Of a stretch of DNA of 64,000 nt, positions 55,611 through 64,000 are shown piece by piece. The DNA comes from a virus. Its lineage: Duplodnaviria; Caudoviricetes. The notes under the pieces were generated by a model, which did not search any database, was not told the origin of the DNA, and saw nothing but the letters and a program-made list of their open reading frames with translations. A program made the translations under genes and the position numbers. Each line of letters opens with the position of its first letter. The first letter of the stretch is position 1. The stretch spans positions 23,534-87,533 of the IMG/VR virus record IMGVR_UViG_3300005573_001593; one strand, 5' to 3'.

Positions 55611-56199
55611 CAGCGTCCGTCACCAGTTCTACGTCTGCTGGCATTTGTCCCACCGGCGTGCCAATCATCGCCCCGATAGCGGCACTGCCATCGGTCTCGA
55701 TGGTAATGCGAATGCCCGTGCCGCTCTCGCGTTCCGGTTGCGGCTTGCGATGGCCGAGTTCCTTGGCGATATCGTCCAGCGCTTCGCGAAATGCCTGATG
55801 CGCATCGCGATTGAAGTGCTCGTTCGTCATCGTGAGCATCTCGCCGGACTCCTGGTCACGTCCGATCTGGCGCACTTCCTTGAGCCATGGGCGCTGCTCG
55901 TACTCTTCGCGTGCGCTTTCCGCCATCTGTGCGAGGCCGATGATGCGCTGCTCTTTGCGCACATAGGGAATGCCCTGGGCCGTGAGCGATTCGATCAGGT
56001 GCTCACGCATCTCGTCCAGCTTGGCCTGAAAGTCCGGGTGTTCGATCCATCGCGCGAGCGTGCGCACGGAGACCTGGACATTTTCTGCCACTTTTACCTG
56101 TGAGAGTCGTCCCTCGAAGACGAGGGCAATCGCTTTCAGGATCCGCGCGTCCTCCATCTTCAGCGGTCGACGACGGTCTGGTCCTTCGTTGGTAGACAT
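55588..56199 (-). CDS. terS: Terminase small subunit
   Basis: N-terminal HTH SQVKVAENVQVSVRTLARW; overlaps the terL start. Confidence 0.75.
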   Translation of the reverse strand: MSTNEGPDRRRPLKMEDARILKAIALVFEGRLSQVKVAENVQVSVRTLARWIEHPDFQAKLDEMREHLIESLTAQGIPYVRKEQRIIGLAQMAESAREEYEQRPWLKEVRQIGRDQESGEMLTMTNEHFNRDAHQAFREALDDIAKELGHRKPQPERESGTGIRITIETDGSAAIGAMIGTPVGQMPADVELVTDADDHRESQ

Positions 56200-56275
56200 G
56201 CTAGGGTTACCTCAATCCAAGCATGGTGCGTTAGGTTACCTATGGCTAGATGAGTACGAGGAACGAGACAATCGC

Positions 56276-56794
56276 ATGAATGCCGAAGCGAAGAAAGAGC
56301 TGCAGCAGCAAGTGAAGCAAGCAGATGCCCTCTTTGGACCGGCCATGCAACGGCCCAGTGCCCACATAGCCGCGATCAGTGGTGCGTTCGCGGTAACATG
56401 TATCGCGTTACTGACTCCCTTCGTGAGCGACACACCCAAGATGCTGGATGCGCACTTGCAGGCAGCACTCATACGGCTTGCGATGGCGTTGCCGGTGCTG
56501 CTGCTGTCGTCACTCCTCATCCTGTTGGTGCGAGCGGCAGTCTTAGCTTTCATCGCCTTTGTCATAGGAGGTGTGCTTCTGCAGTCTGCTGTGTACGAGC
56601 TACTGCTGCATGTCTATCCGCACGCTGCCTACGATTTTGTTGCAGTGTCCGCGCTCTGCATCACGATGTTGCTGATCCGATTCGTATTCCGCCAGCTTAA
56701 GTGGAATGATACGATCATGGCAGCTATCCTGCATCTTCGCGAAACGCCCCACGCCGCTCCAACCACCGCAGAAACTCCAGACGGCGAAAGGTGA
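56276..56794 (+). CDS. Four-helix membrane protein (moron)
   Basis: Four hydrophobic segments; GAGGA SD; opposite strand. Confidence 0.65.
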   Translation: MNAEAKKELQQQVKQADALFGPAMQRPSAHIAAISGAFAVTCIALLTPFVSDTPKMLDAHLQAALIRLAMALPVLLLSSLLILLVRAAVLAFIAFVIGGVLLQSAVYELLLHVYPHAAYDFVAVSALCITMLLIRFVFRQLKWNDTIMAAILHLRETPHAAPTTAETPDGER

Positions 56795-56987
56795 GATCGC
56801 CGGTATCATCGGCATAGGTGCCGGATTGGACGGCGTTGCGCAATGCGGCGAGCCGTGGATGCAGAATGCCAATGGTGTCGAGAACCACGGATTTACTTGC
56901 GCAGGCGCACAGGTGGAGCGGCATCAGACAGCGCCAGCAGCGTGGATGATCGGGATCCGGACCGGCAAACGGTGAGAGCAGACTCAT
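56724..56987 (-). CDS. Hypothetical protein with CxxC..C.C motif
   Basis: AGAGG SD; ends RRLEFLRWLERRG; the frame is open upstream to 57209. Confidence 0.55.
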   Translation of the reverse strand: MSLLSPFAGPDPDHPRCWRCLMPLHLCACASKSVVLDTIGILHPRLAALRNAVQSGTYADDTGDLTFRRLEFLRWLERRGAFREDAG

Positions 56988-57397
56988 AAGCGGCGCCTCT
57001 ATAACACGAAAGCCGTCACCTGTCGCCACGTGACGGCTCCCGCGCGCTTGCCATCGTTCCAGCGCGTCAGCCACGGTGCTGCCGAGAAGGCGCCTATCCC
57101 CATCGCCGGTGTACAGGGCCGGGTATCGCGTGCTGGCTTGCTCGTCTCGGTCTGGCGCGTAGTTCGCCCCCAGGCACATGAGCCTGTGGCCATCCACGCC
57201 AGCCAACACTCCTGAGACGTTCCAGCGCCCTGCGGCTTACTCGGATTATCAGCCGTGGGTTAGCGACCGCTGCGTCATGGACAAGCCATTTTCAGCTTTA
57301 AAAGGCATTCAAAGAGCGTTTTTCAGAGCATAGAGAACCATTGCGGGCATGTGCACGGTCCGCCTTACGGGATGATGCCCCGCGCCCGTGCGGGCTG

Positions 57398-58051
57398 CTA
57401 CCCACCACGTTCTGCGATTGTATGCGGCTGATCTCCCGCCGCTTGAGAGCCATCGCGCTCATCCGCTGGGACAAGCTGACCACCGAGACCAAACGTTTGT
57501 CGCACGTACCGCGCGATGCGTTGCTCCATCCGCGTGAGCCACGCGACCGTGTGGCCGTACTCCGCGGCAACCTGTCGCGGATCCTGGTGTTGCCGGTGTA
57601 CCGCGAGAATTGCCGCGATAGCCTCACGTTCACGTGGACCCGAGAACGCCTGCAGTACACGACTGGCAACGTACTCCGATTCCCACCAGCGCCAGCATAC
57701 CAGGCGTTCCTCGCGTACTGCGTCCGGAAGTACCGGCGCGATATACTCGCGAAACGCGGGACTCCACCGGAGACCGCCAGCATAGGTACCGAGTCGTGCG
57801 GGCATGCTGCCTATGCGCTCCATCTGGCTCGTGTGGATCGCGAGCGGGATGGGACGTGCGTCGCGCGACGCACGTACGCGCAGCTTCAGCGTGTCCGCAG
57901 AGAGTGGCTCGCCGGTTACGGCGTCGCGCGCATGGGAGACATGTGTGGGTCGATGGGATGACGTACGCTGCAAGCGGGCCGTTTGACTGCCACCCGTAGG
58001 TGCTTGTGCCGTCTGTCGCCGCTGCGCCTTCGCCCGTCCCTTCCGTCCCAT
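57398..58051 (-). CDS. Putative late transcription regulator (sigma region 4-like HTH)
   Basis: REREAIAAI...DPRQVAAEYGHTVAWLTRMEQR; upstream of the terminase. Confidence 0.55.
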   Translation of the reverse strand: MGRKGRAKAQRRQTAQAPTGGSQTARLQRTSSHRPTHVSHARDAVTGEPLSADTLKLRVRASRDARPIPLAIHTSQMERIGSMPARLGTYAGGLRWSPAFREYIAPVLPDAVREERLVCWRWWESEYVASRVLQAFSGPREREAIAAILAVHRQHQDPRQVAAEYGHTVAWLTRMEQRIARYVRQTFGLGGQLVPADERDGSQAAGDQPHTIAERGG

Positions 58052-58103
58052 GCGCGCTCCCACTGTCGCGATCCATAGCGGGCGTGCCGCTCAAGTCAAG
58101 CTG

Positions 58104-58133
58104 AGTATAGCCAATCCGTTAACGATAAGTCAA
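58104..58133 (-). promoter_or_regulatory. Sigma70-type promoter
   Basis: TTGACT-18 nt-TATACT upstream of the late-regulator gene. Confidence 0.5.
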
Positions 58134-58630
58134 GTTCCCTCAAGAGAACGTTTAGACAAAGGTACTGACCGGCGTCCACGCGCGATGAGGTACCGTCCGA
58201 CGCGGTCCAGCTCAAGAAGATCACGTGCTACATCGGGTAGAGGATCGTGCGAGTTGGCAGCCGCGGCATAGGCGATCTTCAGGCCGAGCAGGTAGAGCGC
58301 GCCAGCGGCGACATCCTCCCAGGAGGATACAGTGGGCGCGGGCCTGGACGAGAGCCATTCCGCACGGATACATGCTGCGACCGCCGCGACATGCTCGCCG
58401 ATGACGATGTTGAGCGGTTGTGCCGATTGCACACGATCCGGCGCGCCAAAGTCAAGTCGGAGCACGTCACAGCCCTGGGCAGTCGCGACGATCTCGCGTC
58501 CCATGTCGTCCACGAGGACATGTGGACGACAGGTATCTCTGGTCCACATATCGCCCAACTGGTCAGCTAGGCGCCGCAGATAGCGACGGGTACGCGCGTT
58601 CACACTGACGCTGGGAAGAGTGGCGTTCAT
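58130..58630 (-). CDS. Hypothetical phage protein
   Basis: AGAGAG SD; 166 aa. Confidence 0.6.
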   Translation of the reverse strand: MNATLPSVSVNARTRRYLRRLADQLGDMWTRDTCRPHVLVDDMGREIVATAQGCDVLRLDFGAPDRVQSAQPLNIVIGEHVAAVAACIRAEWLSSRPAPTVSSWEDVAAGALYLLGLKIAYAAAANSHDPLPDVARDLLELDRVGRYLIARGRRSVPLSKRSLEGT

Positions 58631-58641
58631 GTGTTCTCTCT

Positions 58642-59598
58642 CTATTCCAGGCGTAGATTTGGTCCGCAAACATCGATGATCTGGCACGTTTCGAGCAGCC
58701 GATCGACCACACGCTCACCGATACGTGGCTTGAGTTGCTCCGTCCCGTAGTTGGTGCTCATGAAGGTGGGCAGGTTGTGGTTGTAGCGCTCGTTGAAGAT
58801 CACGAACAACCGTTCGATCATCCACTCTGTTGGCTGCTCGACGCCAAGGTCATCAATCACCAGCAATGGGATAGTCTTGACGCGCTGGAGCCGGTGCATG
58901 TAGCTGTGATCCTCAAAGCCCGAGCGTAGATAATCCAGCAAGTCCGCGCCGGTCGTGAACAGCATGCGATACGTGTGTCGGTCGGTGAGTACCCAGTGCT
59001 CCGCGATCACCTTCATGGCAGAGACCAACAGACCCGTCTTGCCGCGTCCATAGTCGCCTTTGAGAATGAGCCCCTCGCAGCCGTCCCAGTGCTCAAGAAA
59101 ACGCAGGATGTCCTCGTACGCCTGGACCTGGTCAGGATGAGGATAGCTGGAGAAGGTATAGGCGCTTGCACGTGGCGGAATGTTGGCCGCCTGCACGATC
59201 GCGCGCACCTGCTGCTGGCGCCGTTCCGCGACGATCGCGCGCCCACGGGCACACGCATTGCACGGCGTGTTCAACATGCCAGCGGCATAGCCCGTGTCGC
59301 GACACGTGTAGCACTCACCGGTGAAGGCGCGGCGGTTCGCTTCCTCCTGCGCCTGCTCGAACATCCGGCGGTCATTCCAGCGCGCCCGCACGACCTCAAG
59401 ATGTCGGCGTGTGGCTTCCACGCTCTCCTTGGGTACGAGCGGCCCGAGCTGCCTGCTTTGCCCGGATGAACGCGGCATATTCCCCGTCTGCCGTTGGGTC
59501 TGGTATGACCGGTTCAGCTTTGCGTGGAGACGCTGTGCGTCCTGTCGAACTCGCTGCAGGTCCTCCGGAGTTGGTTCGCGTGCCATTGTTTCCTCCAT
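58642..59598 (-). CDS. DnaC/IstB-like ATPase (helicase loader)
   Basis: CxxC...CxxC, GDYGRGKT, LLVIDDLGVE, RYNHNLPTFMSTN; start uncertain (59598, 59586 or 59478). Confidence 0.9.
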   Translation of the reverse strand: MEETMAREPTPEDLQRVRQDAQRLHAKLNRSYQTQRQTGNMPRSSGQSRQLGPLVPKESVEATRRHLEVVRARWNDRRMFEQAQEEANRRAFTGECYTCRDTGYAAGMLNTPCNACARGRAIVAERRQQQVRAIVQAANIPPRASAYTFSSYPHPDQVQAYEDILRFLEHWDGCEGLILKGDYGRGKTGLLVSAMKVIAEHWVLTDRHTYRMLFTTGADLLDYLRSGFEDHSYMHRLQRVKTIPLLVIDDLGVEQPTEWMIERLFVIFNERYNHNLPTFMSTNYGTEQLKPRIGERVVDRLLETCQIIDVCGPNLRLE

Positions 59599-60808
59599 TC
59601 GCTGCTCGGTATTCGGCGGGATCCGCCTGATACTCCAGCCAGTACTCCTTGAGCTTCATGAGGCTGAGCGGTTTCGTTCGCCAGAAGCTCGTCCGCTTCG
59701 TGATGTCGTAGCAGTCCATGATCTCTTCGACCGGCACGGGCTGGCCGTCTTTTGCCGTGTAGAACCAGTGAGCTGCGTTGCGCTCGCGGCCGGGGTTGGC
59801 GAGCTTCACGCTTGCGCCCAGGCGCTGGATGTAGGCGTTGAGTACCTGACTCACGTAGGCCTGCTCCGCGCGATGCGCTTCGAGGACCTCGCCTGTGAGC
59901 TTGGGCGTGCGCCGAGACGCCGGCGACGACCGTGGTGAGGATGGGGGATCGGATTTCGGCAATACGATTTCTGTGGCGATTACCCCCTGCGGCACCGCGC
60001 CGGCGCTTGTCGCCGCGCCAGATGCGTGAGCATCTGTTTCTTTCGTAACGCTTTCTTCCGTACCCTTTCTTAGCGCGTCCGCTCGCGTCGCTTCCTCTCG
60101 GGCTTCTGAGCGAGCATGCGTAACCTGTTTGATTCGATTTGAAGCAGACGAGCGTAACCCATTTGGTACACTTTCACCAACCGAGCGTAACCCGTTTGAT
60201 ACAGTTTCACTGGCAAGCGCGCGTAACCCATTTGATTCATCTTCAGCAGGCGAGCGTAACCCGTTTGATTTCGGGATACCAGGCTTGCGGCCTGCACCCG
60301 CACGTGTGTAGCGCTGCCGTCGATAGGTCCGATCCAGGGGCTTCCATTCCTCGAAGGCGAGATTCCAGCGCAGCATGCCGTGGCGAGGATCCTCGGCGTC
60401 CGGCTCATAGAAGAGGATCCCCAGTTCGACCGCCTTTTCTCGCAGACGGTACATGTGCTGACGTCGCATGCCATGCCGTGCTGCCCACTCGGCGTTGTCG
60501 TAGGGGCACCAGATGCCGGGCTCACGCATGCCTTTGCGGCGCTGATAGCCCGCATCTCCAAACGACCCGGCCAGCACCCAGTTGAGAAAGGCGCGTAGCT
60601 GGCCGGATATTGCCGCGTCCCCAATATTAATGGCCACCTGCTTGGAGTAGCCGGTCATGCTGCCTACCAGAGGCGTGATATTGCCCACTGCATCTGTATC
60701 CGCTGTATCCGGCTCTGGCGGAGCGCACCCCGTCACGTCCGTCCTAAAGGTTTCGCGCGTCCCCGCCATACGATGCCTCGTATCTATGTAGTCAACCGCC
60801 GCAGCCAT
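59396..60808 (-). CDS. Phage replication initiator protein
   Basis: Upstream of the DnaC-like gene; N-terminal HTH-like segment; internal SNGLR repeats coincide with DNA iterons. Confidence 0.75.
   Translation of the reverse strand: MAAAVDYIDTRHRMAGTRETFRTDVTGCAPPEPDTADTDAVGNITPLVGSMTGYSKQVAINIGDAAISGQLRAFLNWVLAGSFGDAGYQRRKGMREPGIWCPYDNAEWAARHGMRRQHMYRLREKAVELGILFYEPDAEDPRHGMLRWNLAFEEWKPLDRTYRRQRYTRAGAGRKPGIPKSNGLRSPAEDESNGLRALASETVSNGLRSVGESVPNGLRSSASNRIKQVTHARSEAREEATRADALRKGTEESVTKETDAHASGAATSAGAVPQGVIATEIVLPKSDPPSSPRSSPASRRTPKLTGEVLEAHRAEQAYVSQVLNAYIQRLGASVKLANPGRERNAAHWFYTAKDGQPVPVEEIMDCYDITKRTSFWRTKPLSLMKLKEYWLEYQADPAEYRAANGGNNGTRTNSGGPAASSTGRTASPRKAEPVIPDPTADGEYAAFIRAKQAARAARTQGERGSHTPTS
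60118..60270. repeat. Five iteron-like direct repeats (putative phage origin)
   Basis: GCGTAACCYRTTTG at 60118, 60152, 60185, 60221 and 60254 (33-36 bp spacing) inside the initiator gene. Confidence 0.75.
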
Positions 60809-62592
60809 CAGGACACCGCCGTTTCATCACCTGTCTTATCCCAGAGCACCTCGCGCACCTGTGGCGCGTTCCACCCGATGATCACCGCGTTGATTGCCTG
60901 ACTGGCCTCACCCGCAGTCAGACCCGGTCGCAGCCGCTCCGGAGCATGCTTACGCAGGAAGGCAATCTGTTTCGCGGTGATGCCCGCCTCATGCCAGCCT
61001 TGCTCCTTGCCCGCGAGATAGAGTATCGCCTTCCGGTCGAGCCACCTACGCGCGACCCGTTGTGCCATCCGGAGTGGCAGCGCCTGACCTGTCTGCGTGA
61101 GCACCTCCACGCCCTGAGGGCTGCGTACACCCACGCGGTACAGCCCTGAGCTCTGTGGTGCTGGATCGCGCATGAGATACAGGGTGTGCCACTTATCCGC
61201 CGCGATGGTGTAGCAACCCTCCGCTTCGTGCCACGTCCAGCGATACGTCGCGTCGTGTCGCGGATCCAGCAGGGTCAGCGTGACCGGTCGGCGCGCATGT
61301 GGTTCATCCGTGGACTGGATTTCGTCCGCGTCATCCGGTTCGAACACGTCCTGGAACAGGTCATCGCCGGAGGCCTCTGCAACCGGCACAACGTCACCAG
61401 CCGTGATCTGGCGTGGATCCGGCTCTCCCGCCGTCGCCTCAAGCAGCAGACAGTTGCGCTTGCCGGGCGCCAGACGCAGTCCACGTCCGAGAATCTGCGT
61501 GTAGAGCACCAGCGAGGCGGTCGGGCGTGCCATCACGATGCACGCCAAGTCAGGGAAATCGAAGCCCTCAGTAAGGATTCCCACGTTGGAGACGAGCTGG
61601 ATCTCGCCGCTCTTCCAGCGTGTCAGCGTGCGCCGGCGTTCGTCGCGTGGCATGTCGCCCCAGACGGCAGCGGCGCTGACTCCTGCAGCACCATAGGCTT
61701 CGGCAAGCGCCTGTGCATGCGCAACGTTCACGGCAAACGCGACCGTGGGTCGGTTTGTAAGCGTGATGTAGCGCCGTGTCCCCTCCACCAGTGCCGCAAG
61801 CACCTCCGGACGCAGCGCGTCGAGCGCCAGCGCTGACTCGTCATAGTCCGACTCAGTGCCGCCCGCGCCATGCGAGAACAGCATGTCCGCCAGGTGCATC
61901 GGCACGCGCACCTGCCGCACGACAAGAGGGGCCAGCCAGCCAGCTTCCTGCATGCTCGCAATATCGCGCTCGAAGACACAGGAGGGTAGCACGCTCTGTA
62001 GCACGTCTTTGTCGGCGCGATACGGTGTCGCCGTACAACCGATCACCGCCACGTCCGGTGAGTGCTCCGCGACGCGCCTGATCAGGGTCCGATAGCTGGT
62101 CGCGGTAGCATGATGCGCTTCGTCATAGATCAGTGCGGCAACTGACTCGTGCGAGGCGCTGAGCACACGACTGATGCGCTTGGCGTGCAGCGACTGGATC
62201 GAGGCTACCACGACCGGCATCTGATACTCGTCGCGACTGGCCATGACGATGCCCACGTGCCCGGGCACCCAGCGCTCGCAGGCCGCGGCGAGCTGCGTCA
62301 CCAGCTCCTCGCGATGCGCCACCAGGAGTACCCGGCCGCGTGTGGATAGTTCGGCGACGATGCTACCGGCGATCGCACTCTTGCCGGTGCCCGTTGGCAA
62401 GCTGTAGTACATCCGCCGTTCGCCTCGCGCTATGGCGGCAAGTACATGGTCGCGCGCCGCCTCCTGGTAATCGCGCAGCGTCATTCGACTCGACGGTCCG
62501 TCCGGCGCGAAGAGCGTCGTCTGTGCTATACTGGTCTGTGACATCGTCTTCTCGCTCTCGATGGTTGACTCTGTCTCCTCAGGCCTCGCCAT
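60808..62592 (-). CDS. Superfamily 2 DEAD/DEAH helicase
   Basis: LRDYQ, PTGTGKS, DEAHH, CTATP, TEGFDFP, QILGRGLR; alternative start at 62544. Confidence 0.93.
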   Translation of the reverse strand: MARPEETESTIESEKTMSQTSIAQTTLFAPDGPSSRMTLRDYQEAARDHVLAAIARGERRMYYSLPTGTGKSAIAGSIVAELSTRGRVLLVAHREELVTQLAAACERWVPGHVGIVMASRDEYQMPVVVASIQSLHAKRISRVLSASHESVAALIYDEAHHATATSYRTLIRRVAEHSPDVAVIGCTATPYRADKDVLQSVLPSCVFERDIASMQEAGWLAPLVVRQVRVPMHLADMLFSHGAGGTESDYDESALALDALRPEVLAALVEGTRRYITLTNRPTVAFAVNVAHAQALAEAYGAAGVSAAAVWGDMPRDERRRTLTRWKSGEIQLVSNVGILTEGFDFPDLACIVMARPTASLVLYTQILGRGLRLAPGKRNCLLLEATAGEPDPRQITAGDVVPVAEASGDDLFQDVFEPDDADEIQSTDEPHARRPVTLTLLDPRHDATYRWTWHEAEGCYTIAADKWHTLYLMRDPAPQSSGLYRVGVRSPQGVEVLTQTGQALPLRMAQRVARRWLDRKAILYLAGKEQGWHEAGITAKQIAFLRKHAPERLRPGLTAGEASQAINAVIIGWNAPQVREVLWDKTGDETAVS

Positions 62593-62827
62593 CCCACTTC
62601 CGGCGAGGCCTTCGCTTTGTCCTGCCCGCTATCGCTCACGCCAGCGCGATCACTCTTTCCCCTGACGGAACAGTGCGAGCAGACGAAATGACCGCAAAAG
62701 TGATTGCATCGCCGTGATGGTTTCTGCCACCACTCAGCAGCGTGACCATGGATTTCATGCTGATTCGTGCCCTCCCTGATGGATAACGTATGCCCCCGGA
62801 TGGACTGGTGATCAGCCGATCAGCCTG

Positions 62828-64000
62828 ATGAATACGGTGAGTTTTCAGGCGCAGTGGCGTGGCCGGTCGCTGGAAGCGGACGTGCGGGCGCGACGCGTGG
62901 CGGAGTTGCTCTTCCAGCTCAAGATGGTGGAGGAGCGCTGGCTGCTCGGCGCATCCACCTATCTGATGGTGCCGCCCGCTCCCGCGCTGGCGACAGCCAC
63001 GACGGGTGGGACCGTGGCGGCTGGCACCTACTGGGTGAAGGTGACGGCGAAAAACGCGCAGGGCGAGACGACCGGCTCGGCGGCCAGCAAGATCGCGACG
63101 ACGGGCACGACCTCGACGATCTCCATCAGCATCTTCACCGTGCCGAACGCGACGCAGTACAACGTCTACGTCGCCAGCGGAGCGAGCTATCCGGGCAATG
63201 GCGCGGCCTGGCTGCAGGCGGGCATTTCCGGGGCAAACGCCGTGCAGCCCGCCGCCGGCACGCCGGTGACGCTGGCCGATGGCGCGACGGTGATGCCTTC
63301 CGGCGAGGTCAATCCCGCCGTGCTGACGGTAACGCTTTCCGCGCCGCCCGCGACCTCCGGCACCGCGCTTTCCACGGTGGCCGCGAATACGGCGGCGACT
63401 TTCGTGGACGGCTCCGGCAATCCGCTGATGTGGGACGGGATCATCGCGCAGGCGCTCAACAACGCCACAACGGCGAACGGCGCGGCACTCGGCGCGCAGG
63501 TGGCGCAGCCGGCCGACCCGGCGGGCAAGCTGGCGCTCGCGGATATCGACAATCTGCTGGCGGGGATGTATTTGCAAGCGGCTGGCGACCCCGATTACAT
63601 CGTGATGAATCCGCTGGATAACGTGCGGTTGACGAATCTGGTGGTCGGCGCGGGGCAGCTGCGATATGTGGTGCAGGCGGGCGATAGCGCGGACCAGGGC
63701 CAGCTGACGGCGCAGTACCGCGTGACGCGCTACCTGAACAAATCGACCGGCAAGGAGATGCCGATCATCATCGACCGCTACTGCCCGCAGGGGCACATCA
63801 TCTTTCTGCCACTCTCGATGCCCTTCCCCGTGCCGGAAATCTCCAGCGCGGTAGAGATCGAGACGAACCAGGACTACTGGGGTGTGGACTTCGCCGTGAC
63901 GGATAGCAACTTCAAGTTCGCGGACTATGTGGATGAGACGGTGAAGGTCTATTTCCTCGGCGGACTGGGCATCCTGAGGGGGATCTACCCCAGCTTCTAG
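62828..64000 (+). pseudogene. N-terminally truncated second major capsid protein with Ig/FN3-like insertion
   Basis: VSFQAQ...DVRARRVAELLFQLKMVEERWLLG, DPDYIVMNP, PIIIDRYCPQG; in-frame TGA at 62777-62779 and no clear SD. Confidence 0.6.

Larger units (their letters stand above)
18840..62592 (-). mobile_element. Prophage (long non-contractile tail), replication through lysis; boundaries unresolved
   Basis: Co-oriented helicase, initiator, DnaC-like, terminase, portal, protease, capsid, tail, tape measure, fibre and lysis genes; no integrase or att in the window. Confidence 0.92.

Noticed and set aside
60118-60270. CRISPR array
   Set aside because: Repeats are 14 bp, degenerate, in frame within a gene, and there are no cas genes
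62810-62825. Tandem GATCAGCC x2 as an IS256 excision footprint
   Set aside because: Removing one copy does not open a longer capsid frame (TAA a few codons upstream); could be chance
62636-63796. 386-aa minus-strand ORF
   Set aside because: Arg-rich shadow of the capsid-like gene on the opposite strand
1-64000. Integrase, att sites, tRNA/tmRNA, reverse transcriptase or diversity-generating retroelement
   Set aside because: None recognised by eye; a tRNA scan and a direct-repeat search on a wider region are needed to exclude them

Overview
High-GC bacterial window; the gene style suggests Chloroflexota/Ktedonobacteria (inference only). Bases ~1-14.1 kb are a defence/accessory island: an XRE-ImmA/IrrE regulator with an upstream partner gene, a Phd/Doc-like toxin-antitoxin pair, a lone receiver-domain protein, a type III restriction-modification locus whose mod gene is split by an intact IS256 element (8-bp target duplication, frame restored on removal), and a YaaC-like gene. 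Bases ~14.2-18.6 kb hold small phage/ICE-like regulatory genes. Bases ~18.8-62.6 kb are a long-tailed prophage on the minus strand, running from replication (helicase, initiator with iterons, DnaC-like ATPase) through late regulator, terminase, portal, protease-scaffold, capsid, tail (with a -1 frameshift chaperone), fibres and lysis, with four opposite-strand morons. No integrase, att site, tRNA or CRISPR array was seen. The window ends in an N-terminally truncated second capsid gene on the plus strand. The most unusual feature is a ~1.2-kb GIY-YIG homing-endonuclease cassette at the start of the tail-fibre gene. It leaves the original 15 codons stranded upstream and carries its own promoter, a structured RNA leader, a hairpin and a synonymously recoded replacement start for the fibre gene, which is one base out of frame at a TTT-C site. 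Coordinates were counted by hand; family assignments are motif recognition, not database results.
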